A DNA stretch of 64,000 nucleotides. Source: Geosiphon pyriformis uo1. Its lineage: Eukaryota; Fungi; Glomeromycota. Below are positions 12,599 to 25,562 of this stretch, in pieces. Both the position numbers and the translations under genes were made by a program. The DNA is taken from NCBI GenBank assembly GCA_016748015.1, contig JAAOMT010000276.1:620001-684000 (forward strand). The letters run 5' to 3'. The notes under the pieces are model-generated. The model did no database searches and was not told the DNA's origin. It saw only the letters and a program-made list of their open reading frames with translations. Within the stretch, counting starts at the first letter, position 1; each line of letters opens with the position of its first letter.

Positions 12599-13224
12599 TT
12601 ATTCTTTCCAAAAAGATTGAGCTCTGGCAAAATCAAGCTATTTATAGTGTAATCTATTTGAAAGGTTTTATCTAACTTAAAGCTAACTAGTTTGTTGAAG
12701 TCTTTTGTGAATAAGGTGTATAGAATTTGAGGTGAAATGAGCTTTGTATTTAAGAGACCAAATCTTTGTATAAGAATTTTGGCTCTTTTTGCAATGGTTA
12801 AAACTCTTGGAATATTTAATCGTATAATGCCCAAAATTTCCACTTGTATTTTAAAAGTTGTTTTCTTCATGAGCTTCATGTCTTCTATGATTTCACCAAG
12901 GCAACCATAGAGTTCTAGTTGTCTTTCATATGACAGGTTTTTGTTTATGGGCAAGATTTCCTTAATCGTTTTTCCAATTGTGATAAAAGGTACAAGTATT
13001 ACTGCTGTTATGCTTTCTAACAGATACTTATCCATTTTGCTACCAATTTTTTCTCTTCTAGTAGTGGTTTTCTTGAGTCTAATAACAGTATGTGTTCCAC
13101 TATTATCAGTTATGATGGTTTGTTTTCCAATGGTCAAAGTAGCATTTGGATAGTTTTTGATTCAATACTCATGGAAAGTATAGAAGGCATTTTGAATGTT
13201 TTAATCCAGAAAATAATTGTTCAT
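12568..13224 (-). pseudogene. 3' extra ORF (ORF3) of element B, unknown function
   Basis: ATG at 13224 (MNNYFLD*NIQNAF...) is in frame with the 189-aa ORF 13137-12568; two early stops consistent with CAA>TAA and CGA>TGA; reads through the PPT into the LTR. Confidence 0.7.
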
Positions 13225-13271
13225 ATCAATTGAAAATACCTCTGTTTTGGGAATAATGTATTTATTTATAC

Positions 13272-14579
13272 TTAATTTTTGCTGATCATTTGAGTCAGTA
13301 TTACCACAACAGGCAACCAATCAGGTCATTTATAATATTTTTTGAGTCATGTACTATGAACAGGACAATTATTGAAGATTGTTCCAGATTGATCTTAAAA
13401 AATATAAGAACCATTGTTCAAAACTTTGTTGACTATAAAGGGTCCTTTCCATTGGCTAGAGAATTTATTACCATAAACATTGTCTTTATCTGAACGGTAT
13501 TTCAATACTAAGTCACCAATACTTAAAGAAAGTGTTTTATAGGTTTTCTTTTTTTTAAGCTTTTCTTGAAACTGTTTTATCTTTTCAAAAGCAATTATTT
13601 GTGCTTCTACCAAGGAGTCAAGAATGGTATCAAGTCTTCTTTGCAAAATGTCTTTGTAATTCCCTATTGTGATTTTTTCAAAGGGTATTGTTTCAATATC
13701 AGTTTTTATTGATAGTGTTGTCATGCATCTATAGAGCAGATAAAAAGGTTCATAACTTGTTATATCATGATTCACAATTCTATAAGCAAACAAAGCTGAA
13801 GGCAGTACTTTGTTCCATAAGTTTGTTTCTTTACTGGTTTTGGCTAGGGTTTCACATAGTGTTCTATTGAAATGTTCTACTAGGCCATTTGTTTGGGAAT
13901 GATAAAGAGAAGAAAGTTTATGACATATTCCCATTTTTCTACAAAGTTCTTCAACCAGTGTACTGAGAAAAGCTCTTCTTCTATCAAATAAAAGTTCTTT
14001 GGAGCAGCCATGATGACAGATAATATCTTTATAAATGAAATTGGCTATTAAGACTGCTGTTTGGTTTGGAGTGGCTCTTGCTTCTATCCACTTTGTAAGA
14101 TAGTCAGTAGCTGTGATAATATATCTGTTGTTATCAGGAGTAATTGTTAAAGGTTCAACAACATCTATACCAATTCTGTCAAATGGTTGACCAACAGAAA
14201 TTGGATAGATATCTTCTTTGCAATTGGATTTGTCTCTTTTTTGGCAGATGTCACAGGTTTTGATGTATTTAGCAATGTTTTTTCCCAAGGTAGGTCAATA
14301 ATAATGAGCTAAAGTTTTCTGAATTGTTTTTGTTTTTTCAAAGTGTTTAGCTAATGAGTCAGTATGCATATTGTATATTACAATTTCTTTTTCTTCAAAT
14401 CTGATGACTCTCTGGGGGCAGTCAGGATTTTTTCTGTTTCTTTTGTATAATTGGTTCTAACAGATTAAATAGAAATTTGATTGTTTGCACAAATGTTCTC
14501 TTTGCTGTTGAGTGTATTCTGGTGGATATTGTCTTTTACCCAAAAATTCCATTAAAGCAAAGTAGTTGTCCAAGTCCAT
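13272..14579 (-). pseudogene. integrase of element B (separate ORF)
   Basis: Starts MDLDNYFALMEFL; CDICQ, RIGIDVV, TDYLTKWIEARA, QTNGLVEHFN, WKGPF. Confidence 0.93.
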
Positions 14580-14643
14580 TATTGTGTTTGTTTGTAAAAA
14601 AGTTACTAATAATTAAGTTGGTTTGGTTTAAAAGGTTGTACTA

Positions 14644-17335
14644 TTATTGAATGATAAGTCTAGAAAGAGCATCAGCATTTTAATGATTTGCTCCTTTGTG
14701 GTGTTAAATATCATAGTCAAATTCATCCAAGTGGAGTATCCAGCAAGTTATTTTTTTGTGTTCCAGCTTCTTTTTATTGTGCAGCCAAACCAAGGCTTGA
14801 TGATCTGTTATCACTAAGAATTTTGCACCAAGAAAATATTGATTCCAGTAGTTAGTAGCTCAAACTACTGCTAGACATTCTTGTTCAGTAACTGAATAGT
14901 TTTTTTCTGCTGGTGTGAGAGATCTACTGGCATATGCTATGGCATTTTCTCTGCTATTTTCATCTTTCTGTAAAAAGACAGCACCAAGTTTATAACCAAA
15001 TGTATTAGTATGGAGGATAAAAAGTTGATCCAGATCAGGTTGTTTGAGAATTGGTTCAGTAACAAGTTTTTTCTTCAGAAATTCAAAAGCTTTTTGTTGA
15101 TAAGTGCCTTAGTAATAATTGACATTTTTCTTAAGTAGCTGATTAAGAGGAAAAGCGATTTTGGAGAAATCTTTGATAAATTTGTAATAGTAAGAGGTCA
15201 AACCAAAGAAAGAGCATAGTTCAGGAACATTTATTGGTTGTCTAATGTTCTGGACTTTTTCAACTTTAGCTAAGTCAGGGAAGATTTCATCTTTTGTGAC
15301 AAGATGACTAAGAAATTGGGTGGATTGGCATCCAAAGAAAGATTTGATTGGATTGATCTTAAGGCCAGCATTTCTGAGCAGGTCAAAAACCTTCTGTAAA
15401 TGTTCAAGGTGTTTATTTCAGGTTTTTGAATATACCATTATGTCATCCAAGTAAACCAGAACAAAGTTTTCTTTTACTGATTCAAACACTTTATCCATTA
15501 GGTGTTGAAAGATGGAAGGAGCATTAGTGAAACCAAAAGGCATGACTGTAAATTCATAAGTGCCATACTTAGTAATGAAGACAGTTTTCTTTCTGCTTTC
15601 TGGATCTATCTCTACTTGCCAGAATCCAGCAGTTAAGTTAATAGTTGAGAAGAAAGCAGCACCATTGAATTTATCTAGTATTGCATCAATTTTGAGAAGT
15701 GGGTATATGTCTCTTATAGTAATGGCATTTAATTGATGGTAGTTAACACAGAAGTATAGGGTTCTACCTTTTTTAGATACCACTACAACTGGAAAAGCCC
15801 ATTCACTCTTGATTTTTTGTATGAATCCAAGATCTTTTATCCAGTTTATCTCTTTCTTAATAAACTCATCATTGCATCAATTGGATTGATAAGGCTTCAA
15901 ATAGATAGAACAAGTTTCTTTTATGATGATAGTATGTTGTATTACATGAGTTTGTCCAGGGGTATTACCTTCTTTTGAGATAACTGGGCTATTTCTAACC
16001 AACAGATTTTCAATGTCCACTTTTCTTTCTTCAGGAGAAGGTTTTCTTTGTTCTACAACTAATAATTGGATTTCAGGTGGTTTATTCTCAAAGAACTTTT
16101 GTACTTTTTTAAGTTCTTTTCGAGGTATTAAGCTAATTGGTTCCCAATCTTTGTAATAGATCAGGCAGGATTTGCATTCATCACTTGGTAAATACAAAGG
16201 TTTATTACACCAGTATTGTGTACAAGGACCATGCCACCAATAACTGTATTTGGCTTTCTTGCTAGGTTTTCTGTCAAAGGTTCTTTGGAGGATATTATAG
16301 TAGAGCCAGCAGATCAGCTTGCCATTTACTATGATTCTTTCTTTGTTAGCTTTAATATTATTCAGTGGCTTGCCATTATTGGTGAAGATAGTATAGACAA
16401 GTTTAGCAGTTTTTTCCTGTTTTTTTTTGATCTTCATCATTGCTTTCATCATCATCTGATTTATCTGATTGTTCTTCTTCCTGGTTTTGCTTGGGTACTG
16501 GAGAGGTTGTTTAATAATGGCACTTAACCACAATGGGCTTTTCACCACATCTGATAGTTAGCTCACAAAGCTCATAATCAAGTAGCACTTTAGCTTTCTT
16601 AAGCCACTCATTGCCAACAATTATGGTGTACTCTTTTGCTTCAAATACTTTCATGTCAGTTTCAATACTGATACCATTGATGCAGACAGGAATAGCTTTG
16701 GTTATACCTAAACTTTTCTTTTTGTTACTATGTACATTGGTTATTGGTCTTGTGGATGGTTCATCAATCTTTCTGCCAATTGCTTCTAAAAAGTGTTTGG
16801 CAATGACGCTAACAGATGATCTACTGTCCAAGATCAGATCAATGAAATAACCAGCCACTTGGACTTTACAAATGAGAGGAGTAACATTACTGTTGTTAGC
16901 AAGTCCAGCTTGACGTAGGTGTTTATTGGTCTTTGGTGTTTTTTTTTTTGGTATTAATAATTTGCGAAGATTTTTTTTAAACTGTAGATGAGTTATTAGT
17001 TGGCCAAATGTAATATGTGCTGGGATTTCCATGAGATCTTTAACAACAGAATAGGGACCAGATTTTTGTATTATTTCTGGAGATTCCAACTTTGAAGGAT
17101 TTTTAAAAATCTTAGTCTTTGGTGGCTCATTATTGTTAGCAGCAGAAGTTGAGACTTTATTGGGATTTAGAGCAAAATCAACCTTGGCTTTCTTCTTCTT
17201 TCTTGTTAAGTCAGAGGTATTGATTGTCAGTTCATTCATGTCATGGTCATCATTAGTTAGATTAAAAGCATAAAAAAGATTTTCTTCTGTTTGGCTTGTA
17301 CTCTTACTCTTTGGAAGTGTGCCTACCAATTTAAA
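14644..17335 (-). pseudogene. pol (protease, Cys-rich insert, RT, RNase H) of element B
   Basis: LILDSRSSVSVI and IIVGNEWL (protease); VMPFGFTNAP and VYLDDIMV (RT); ITDHQAL and NADALSR then TAA TAG (RNase H end). Confidence 0.93.
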
Positions 17336-18876
17336 GGTTAATAAACAGTGGCTTCAACTAAGGGATTCCCTCCAAAGAAATTGATGTTAGCATGATTGGG
17401 TTTTTGATTGGGGATATTGTTGTTGATGATTTTGTTGTTTTAATTGTTATTGTTTCTGAGAGCTAGAGGAGGCAAAGAAGAATTGTTGCAGTTTCTTGAA
17501 AAATGTCCAGTTAATCTACAGTGGTAGCACACAAGTAGGCCATGATTTTGTTGTCTTTGATATGGTGGTTGTTGGGGCTGATTAAAACAGGATTCAAATT
17601 TGGGTCTTTGAAATTGCTGGTTGTCTCTGACTGCTTGGGCTAATGGTTCTAATAGCTGGGCAAGATTAGCTGTAAGTCTATCTATTAACTGTTCATTTGG
17701 GTCTTGAATTTGGGCAGCAAAAGAGGTAGCAGCTATTTGGGGAGCAGGAGCCATAACAGGAGCAAGAGCAAAAACTGGAAGTGTGGATTTTAGGTGCATT
17801 CTTTGATTGTTTTCTATTCTCTGAGCAAGTTCAATGGCCATATCCATTGTGGGATTCTCTTTCAAGGCCAGGAGGGGCCAAAGAGCATATAATAGATTAG
17901 TTTTTAGTCCTTTTGTGAAGGAATGTATTTTCTGCTCTTCTGTCCAATTTCTTCCAGAATCTACCCATTTAATAAGTTTTTTTTATTACTTTGGCATATT
18001 TGTCACAACCTCACCAGGGCTTTGAGTTTTTCTTTCTAATTCTATATGCCATTTTGAGATTAAGATAAAAGTTCTAAATTTCATTTCAAACCAGGTAGTA
18101 AAAGAGGTGTTGTCTTCTCCAGCATTTGCTGATGCCTATTTAATGATTCTTTGTTGAGTATTGGCATTGGTTTCTTGTGAGAACCAAGTAGCAGGAGAGC
18201 CTTGGAGGTAGCCACCAACAATTTGGAACTTGTATTCATTATTATATTGGTTTGTGGTGGCAGCTTTCTCAAAATCATCCAGCCATTCAATTGGATCTTG
18301 GGCATCATCTCTGAATAATAGTAATAGGGTGTTGTTTCTTTGCCTTAAAGCAGTCTGTATATCTTGGAGGGCAATCAAAATGTTTTATTGCAAAGAGTCT
18401 TGAGCCATTGGTTCAGGTGTAACTGTTTGTATAGAGTGTTCTGATTTACTTGAAAAAAGATCAAAAACAAAAATAGTTTGATAGCTTTCTTCTTCTGTTT
18501 TAAGAGAAGTCTCTGTTGATTAATGGGCAGCAATCCAAATGTGGATTTGATAATTCAGATATTCGAAATCAGAGGGCTGTTGTTCAAAAGTTGTAAAATA
18601 TAAGAGCTGATTGATACTGTTGTTTCTTTTTTTAAAGTCGTCTTCAAAATAAGCTTGGTCAAAGTAATAGGTTGTATAAGTTGTGTAGGTTTCAGTTAAA
18701 TGCTCATTCAGGAACCAGTTCCAAAAGTCTTGGAATTGTCTATTGGATTGTTTTTCAATGGAGAAGCAAATCAAACAGAAGGACAAGGGATTGAGTTCAA
18801 TAAAGTCTAGATCATTTTTGTTATGTGCTTTAAAGTATTCTTCTGATTGTTGTGGCAGGTATAAATAATTACTCAT
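17323..18876 (-). pseudogene. gag of element B
   Basis: QDPIEWLDDFEKAA capsid-like segment; CCHC knuckle CYHCRLTGHFSRNC. Confidence 0.88.
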
Positions 18877-18904
18877 ACAATAGAAAACAAAGTGGATTTT
18901 GACA

Positions 18905-18922
18905 ATCTCACAGGGAGCACCA
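18905..18922 (-). promoter_or_regulatory. 18-nt tRNA primer-binding site of element B
   Basis: TGGTGCTCCCTGTGAGAT is the complement of a tRNA-type 3' end ...AUCUCAC-AGGGAGC-A-CCA; lies 6 nt from the LTR. Confidence 0.85.
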
Positions 18923-18928
18923 CTTTTA

Positions 18929-19571
18929 TGTTATGGGTTGGAATAACAAGCTAACAGATAGTAAGAGAGAACAGGATTGTAGAGTAATGGAAATAATCAA
19001 AGAAAATTCAACTTCAAAGAGCAAATTGAATAAATATGAATTCAATGTACAAGATCAGTCTCATAAAATATCTCAGTCACTATATTTTTCAAAGATAACC
19101 AGGGAATTTGAAAGTAGAGGGATAGTTTGTACTGTTAACAAATGATCACACTTAGTATAATTCTATGCCTCATATTGGCACTCTTAGAATTCAATATCAA
19201 GTATCAGATATGCTTTTCAGTCACATTTTATTCAATAATCTTTAAATGCTGCAATTACACATTTCAGGAAAAAGATAGATAAAGACCAACAAGTAATTTT
19301 TTATCTTTAAGATATTCAGGTACTTAAAGGTAAAGAAAGAAAAATTAGTGATAAGAGAATGATTGAGATAAAAGTTGTTATTTTATTTATTTGATTTCCT
19401 TGATTTCTTCATGCTTTTCTACAGCTAAGAGATTCATCACTTATATAATTATCAAAAGTGATCAATAATCAGGTCAATGATCACTTTCTAAAAATAGAGT
19501 GGCTAATTTATATAACATCAGTAGCTAATACATGTGCTAATTAATAAGAAGTATAAGTTTTAACCATAATA
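18929..19571 (-). repeat. 5' LTR of element B
   Basis: Direct repeat of 11908-12598, adjacent to the PBS. Confidence 0.95.
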
Positions 19572-21070
19572 ATATCAATAGAAGAATTACATTCCAGACT
19601 AGTATTTACCCTTTTTGCTTTAAGAGTATTTGCTGTCAAATCAAAAAAAAACTATTACTAATACTTAATAATATATTATTATCTTCATTATTATCAAACT
19701 TACTGTCTATATTCAAGTATATATTACTATTAGCATTAAATTTGACCAGAAAAATATTTTTTTTATTACCAAAATGCTTAATATTGCTAACTGAAATCTT
19801 TTTTTTTTGGAAAAAAAAACTCCTAACAGGATTGTAAAAGTTTCTTTAAATGCTTTCTTTTTAGACATATTATTATTTATAATAGCCACTAAGTTTATCA
19901 CAAAAAGATTATTTGTTTGAAAAATGTTGTAAGAAACTAAAAAGAAAAATAAAAAACTTTTTTCGAAAAATTGCTCTTTAAAAAATTTGGAATACAAGAA
20001 AGAAAGAAGTTTTACTATCTTTTTGGGTTTTTTGTAAATTATTTTAAGTAAAATAATTTTAATAATAATAATAATAATATTGGTTTTAAAATTTTGAAAC
20101 TAATATTTTACAAATTTTTTTTTAATTTTTAAGTTAAAATTATTAGTGTTTAAAATTTTAAGAGTTTAAATTTGGTAATTTAGTTATATTAATATATATT
20201 TAGCATAATTTAAATTTAATTATAACAGTTATTATATAAAATATGTTATTAAGAAATTTTAACTTAAATTTGGTTATATAAAAATTAATTATTATTAAAA
20301 AATAATATAAATTGTTTAAAATACAAAAAACCAAAGCTTTTAAAAAATTTAAAATTTAAAATATTATTAAAGAATATATAAATTATTTTAAAAAATGTTT
20401 TAAATTATTTGATTTGTAATAAAATATTAATATTAAAATTTAATTTAATTTAATTTAAAATAAATAATATTATAAAAAAACATATAATAAATAACAATAT
20501 TTTTTAATTTAAAAGACTTAATATATTTTTATAAATTATATTAATAATAATGTTTTTTTAAAGTTATAAATTATATAATTTAAAATAAATTATTTAAAAT
20601 AGTATTTTTTTTTTGAATAATAAGATTATTAAATTATTAAATATTTTAAATAAATTGTAAAAATATTATATTAATTTTATATTGGATTATTAAATTTGTT
20701 GAATATTTACTTAAATAAAAAAATAACTTTTTATAAATAAAAATGTATTTAAGTTTTTATAATTTTAAATTTTATTTATAAAATAATATTTTAATTAATA
20801 TTTGGTTTATTGTTTTATTAAAACTGCTTTTTTAAAATTTTATTAAATAAAATTTTAGTTTTTTGTAATGTAAAAATGTTTTATAAAAAAACAATTTTTT
20901 AGTATTAAAGAATATATTAATATAAATATTTATTTTTATTATTAAATTTATAATTTAAAATATTTTAAAAAAATCAAAAAGAATAATTATTATTTTAAAA
21001 CATATATAAAACTTATAATTTTATAAATTAATTATATTTAAAGTATAATTTACTTAAAATTAAAATATAT

Positions 21071-21450
21071 TATTATACTTAAAACTTTTATTTTGAAATT
21101 TTTTTATTTATTTAGTTTATAATTAGTTATATATTAGTTATTAATATTATTAATTATCTATTCTATTTTTAAAATAATTATTAATATAATCATTGACTTA
21201 ATTAATGATTTAATTATTAACTTAGTTATTAACTTGGTTATTAACTTAATTATTAACCAAATTATTAACCAAATTATTAATATAATTATTAATATAATTA
21301 TTAATTTAATGATTGATTTTTTTTAAAATATATAAATAAAACTTTTTAAAACTATAAAAAAAATTTATACTTAGATTAAATTAATTTAAAACAAATATCA
21401 ATATAATAATAATAATATTTTTATTTTTTATTATTTTTTTAATTTAGATA
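21071..21450 (+). repeat. ghost LTR related to the element B LTR
   Basis: TATTATACTTAAAACTT resembles TGTTATGGTTAAAACTT; 12-bp array TTATTAACTTAA resembles TCATTGACCTGA after C>T/G>A conversion. Confidence 0.65.
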
Positions 21451-24073
21451 ATTATTGGTTTTTGTAAAGTAAAAATCTAATAAACCAAATCAAACCAAAT
21501 TTTGAATACTGTTTAAATTTAGTTTAAATTATGAATTGAACTTAAATTTGATAAAATTAAAAAATATATATTTTTTGTATTATTTATCTATTAATTATTA
21601 CTTTATTTAATAAAACAAAAAAATTGTAAATTATTTATTTATTGAAATAGTTTTTATTTTCCAACTTTAACATAATAAATAAATTTTTAAAATATGTTTT
21701 TTCTTTAAAATAGAGTATATACTGGCTATTATATACACATTAAATAACAGTTTTTTGTTAAATAAAAATTTTAATAATATTATAATATTAGTTATATAAT
21801 TTACATTAAAAACAGACTTTAATAATAATAATAATAATAATAAACTTAATAAAATTAATAATTATATTTTTAAAAAAATAACCAATAAAAAAATAAATAT
21901 AATAGCATAATAAAAAGTATATTGCAAAAAATATATATTTAAATTATTATTTTTATTAAAAATTTGATATTTAAGTATATTAAACACAATTTTTTTATTA
22001 TATATATATAATTTATAATTACTTAACAATCTAAAAATTATTTGTTGCTTCTAAATATATTTTTTCTATAAATAAATATATGCTTGCAGATATAAAATTT
22101 TGCTTAATGTCTAAAATTATAAGTACAATACAGTATTTTTAATTATAGATGCAAAAATTATTAAAAAAATTAGTTAATATTATAATATTTTTAATAATTG
22201 AATTCGAATATACTTATAAATTTTAAATTGAACTTGTTGTTTAGATTGAATTTAATTCAAATTTAGTAATTTTAAGTTTAATTCAAGTTTAAATTCGAAA
22301 TTTAGCTAAAATTTTTATTTGATTTAATTTAATAATTTAATTAAATTTAGATTAAATCAAACCAAATATTAAACCTTTATTTATATTATTAAATTACTTA
22401 TTTTAATTTTTAGTTTATTAAAAACAAATAATAATAATAATATATATTTACTAAATTTAATACATTAAAACAATAATTTTTAATTATAATTATTAATAAT
22501 TAAAAACTTATTAAAAAAGCAAAAACCACCAAAATAAACCAATTATTAATATTAATTTTTATATTATAAAATTCAAATATATATTTTAAAATAATAGTTT
22601 TTAATTATAATTAATTAATATAAAAAACATTAAATTATGTATTTTAATATTAATACTTATATTAATATTTAAAAAAACAAAAATATTATTAATAATAATA
22701 AAAATAAAAAACACAAATTTTTTAAATTTTTTATAATAAACTTAAATTTTTTAATATAAATTTTTTTAATATGTAAATTTAATTACTATTTAATATGTAA
22801 AACAAAAAAATATCAACCAAATTAATAACTAAAAAAATTAAAATATTAATAGATTTAACAATAAATCTAATTAATATAACTAATATATTCAACTTAAATT
22901 TTAAAAAAACCAATTTAAGACTAAATAAATAAAAAATTTATAATAATAATAATAATAACAAAAATAATAAAAAAAATAATAATAAAAAAAATTAATAAAA
23001 CAAAAATTTTGGTATAAAATTTAATTCTAATAAAATAAGATTTAAAAATCTTGATTTATTATAAATTTAAATAAAAATTTTGTAATATATTGTCAAATAC
23101 CAACTAATTTTTAATGTAATTTAAGAAATTTTACTAAAAGCATTAAATATTAATAGTAAATACATATTATGTAAAATAATAATAGCAAAAAAAAGAGTAA
23201 ATTTAATAATTATTATAAATTTAACAATTTTAAAAATAAAAAAATAACAAAATTAGCAAGTTTAACTTAAAAATAATATTTAAAAAAACTTAAAAGACAA
23301 ATTTTATACAAAACAGTTTTATATTATTTTTAAATATTAATTTTATATTAATAAAATTATATATAAACTAAAAAACAGTTTTAATATAAATTAATTTGAT
23401 TTTAAAAGTAATATTATATATTAAAGTAAATATTAATAATTTTTTTTTAAGTATTATTAAAATTAGTATTACCAAAAAACAAAAAAAAATTTATTCGGTT
23501 TTTATTTAATTAGTTTAATCTTTAAAATCAGATAATTTAATAAATTAATTTTGGTAAATATATTATTGTTAATATTATTAAAAAAAAGACTATTGTTTAC
23601 AGCCAAATTTAGTTTAAATATTATAATTAGTATAATTTATAGTAAAATTAATGTAATTATTAAAAAAACCAAGTAAAATTAATATTTTATTTTTTACAAA
23701 AAAAAAAAAAAACTTTTAAAGAAAAAAATAATAATTGCTTTTTGGCTTTAAAATTTTAATTATTATTTAGATAGAATCTTAAGTAAAACTTTTATTTAAA
23801 ACCAAAAAATGGTTTAAAATTAGCAAAAAAAAAATTATTATAATTATTTTATAAAATTAATTTTAAAATTATAAATATTATTATTATTATTAAAATTTTA
23901 TAATTATTATTTAAAAAAATATATAAAATTTATTATAAAATAATTGTTTTAAAAACAATTATTTAAATACTTAAATTTTAAAATAAAAAAATTTTGGATA
24001 ATTTATTTATATAATTATTTAAATTTAAAAAAATATTATAATAATAAAATATAAAATTTTTTTAATATTAATA

Positions 24074-24138
<65 letters not shown>
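24074..24138. repeat. (TTA)n microsatellite
   Basis: Direct reading. Confidence 0.95.
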
Positions 24139-24139
<1 letters not shown>

Positions 24140-24890
24140 ACCAAAAAAAATTATATATTTAAGTAAACAACAAAAAAAAAAAGATTAGTTATGTATAGTT
24201 TATGTATAATTTAAATTTAATGTATTATTTTAATATTGTTTAAAACTATTTTGTAATTGGATTATATCTTAAAAAAAGTTTTTATTGAAAAAAAAAACTT
24301 TGTAAAATTAAAGTATTGTGAAAAATAAAAATAATAATAAAATAAATTCATGTTTAAGAAGAATACATGTAATATATATAAATATATATATATATATATC
24401 TTCTTTTTTTTTTATAAAAACTCATTATAAATTATTAACTAAAGAATTATTTATTAAAATAAATCAAAAAGTTGTTAATTAAAAATATTTAAAAATATTT
24501 TATTAATTTTTATTTTTTATTATTTATTATTTTTAAAAATTACACAAAAGCATAATAGTTGTTTACATTAAAAAAAAAAAAAAAAAAACCTTGTTTTTTT
24601 AAAAATAAACTAGTGAGTAAAATGATGATCATTTAATTTTCGATCAGATGAAGTAAGCAAGTATCACAATAAAATGATATTCCTTTTACATTGATAAATT
24701 TTCTGAATCTTTTTAAACTTTTTTAACAAGGATTCAGATAAAAACCACGATTTTCATCTTTCTCAGAGCAAAGATCTTTGATAACAGTGAGGGAGGTAGA
24801 AAATTGTAGGTAAATAAAAAATATGAGTGAGGCTTTGGTTGATTGAATAAACTTAAATGGGAAATCAAAAATAAATGATAGGGAAGTGAA

Positions 24891-24986
<96 letters not shown>
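24891..24986. repeat. (AAT)n microsatellite
   Basis: Direct reading. Confidence 0.95.
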
Positions 24987-24987
<1 letters not shown>

Positions 24988-25131
24988 TAATGATAACGAT
25001 AGTAATATTAATAATAATATTCTTAACAAGACTTTCATTCTCGTTTAAAATCCTTTTATTGAGATTTTATAATAACTATTAAAAACAAAAAGGATCGTAT
25101 CACAGAAATATCCAATCAAAAAAAATTTATG

Positions 25132-25429
25132 NNNNNNNNNNNNNNNNNNNNNNNNNNNNNNNNNNNNNNNNNNNNNNNNNNNNNNNNNNNNNNNNNNNNN
25201 NNNNNNNNNNNNNNNNNNNNNNNNNNNNNNNNNNNNNNNNNNNNNNNNNNNNNNNNNNNNNNNNNNNNNNNNNNNNNNNNNNNNNNNNNNNNNNNNNNNN
25301 NNNNNNNNNNNNNNNNNNNNNNNNNNNNNNNNNNNNNNNNNNNNNNNNNNNNNNNNNNNNNNNNNNNNNNNNNNNNNNNNNNNNNNNNNNNNNNNNNNNN
25401 NNNNNNNNNNNNNNNNNNNNNNNNNNNNN
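25132..25429. other. assembly gap (298 N)
   Basis: Run of N. Confidence 1.
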
Positions 25430-25521
25430 TTGGAAAAAAAAAAAAAAAACATTCAGAACCAATTATGATTTAATAGTTTTCATGCAGATCATATCTCGAA
25501 TCAGGATACAATGTATTTAAA

Positions 25522-25528
25522 TCACATA

Positions 25529-25562
<34 letters not shown>
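25522..25562. repeat. (CA)n microsatellite
   Basis: Direct reading. Confidence 0.95.

Larger units (their letters stand above)
11908..19571 (-). mobile_element. Ty3/gypsy LTR retrotransposon 'B', full length, degenerate
   Basis: LTRs at 11908-12598 and 18929-19571; 4-bp TSD ATAT (11904-11907 / 19572-19575); gag-PR-RT-RH-INT-ORF3 on the minus strand. Confidence 0.96.
9610..20013 (-). mobile_element. Old LINE copy L0 (5'UTR, ORF1, APE endonuclease), interrupted by element B and cut by element A
   Basis: 9610-11907 and 19576-20013 are homologous to the LINE at 42.3-45.15 kb; family 5' end GAAAGAAGTTTT at 20002-20013; sequence is colinear across the B insertion. Confidence 0.88.

Noticed and set aside
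21470-22375. AAACCAAAT/TTCGAA-rich ends suggesting a ghost hAT or MITE with subterminal repeats
   Set aside because: Could not identify TIRs or a TSD by eye
25045-25473. ORFs of 111-135 aa spanning the N run
   Set aside because: Artefacts of the assembly gap
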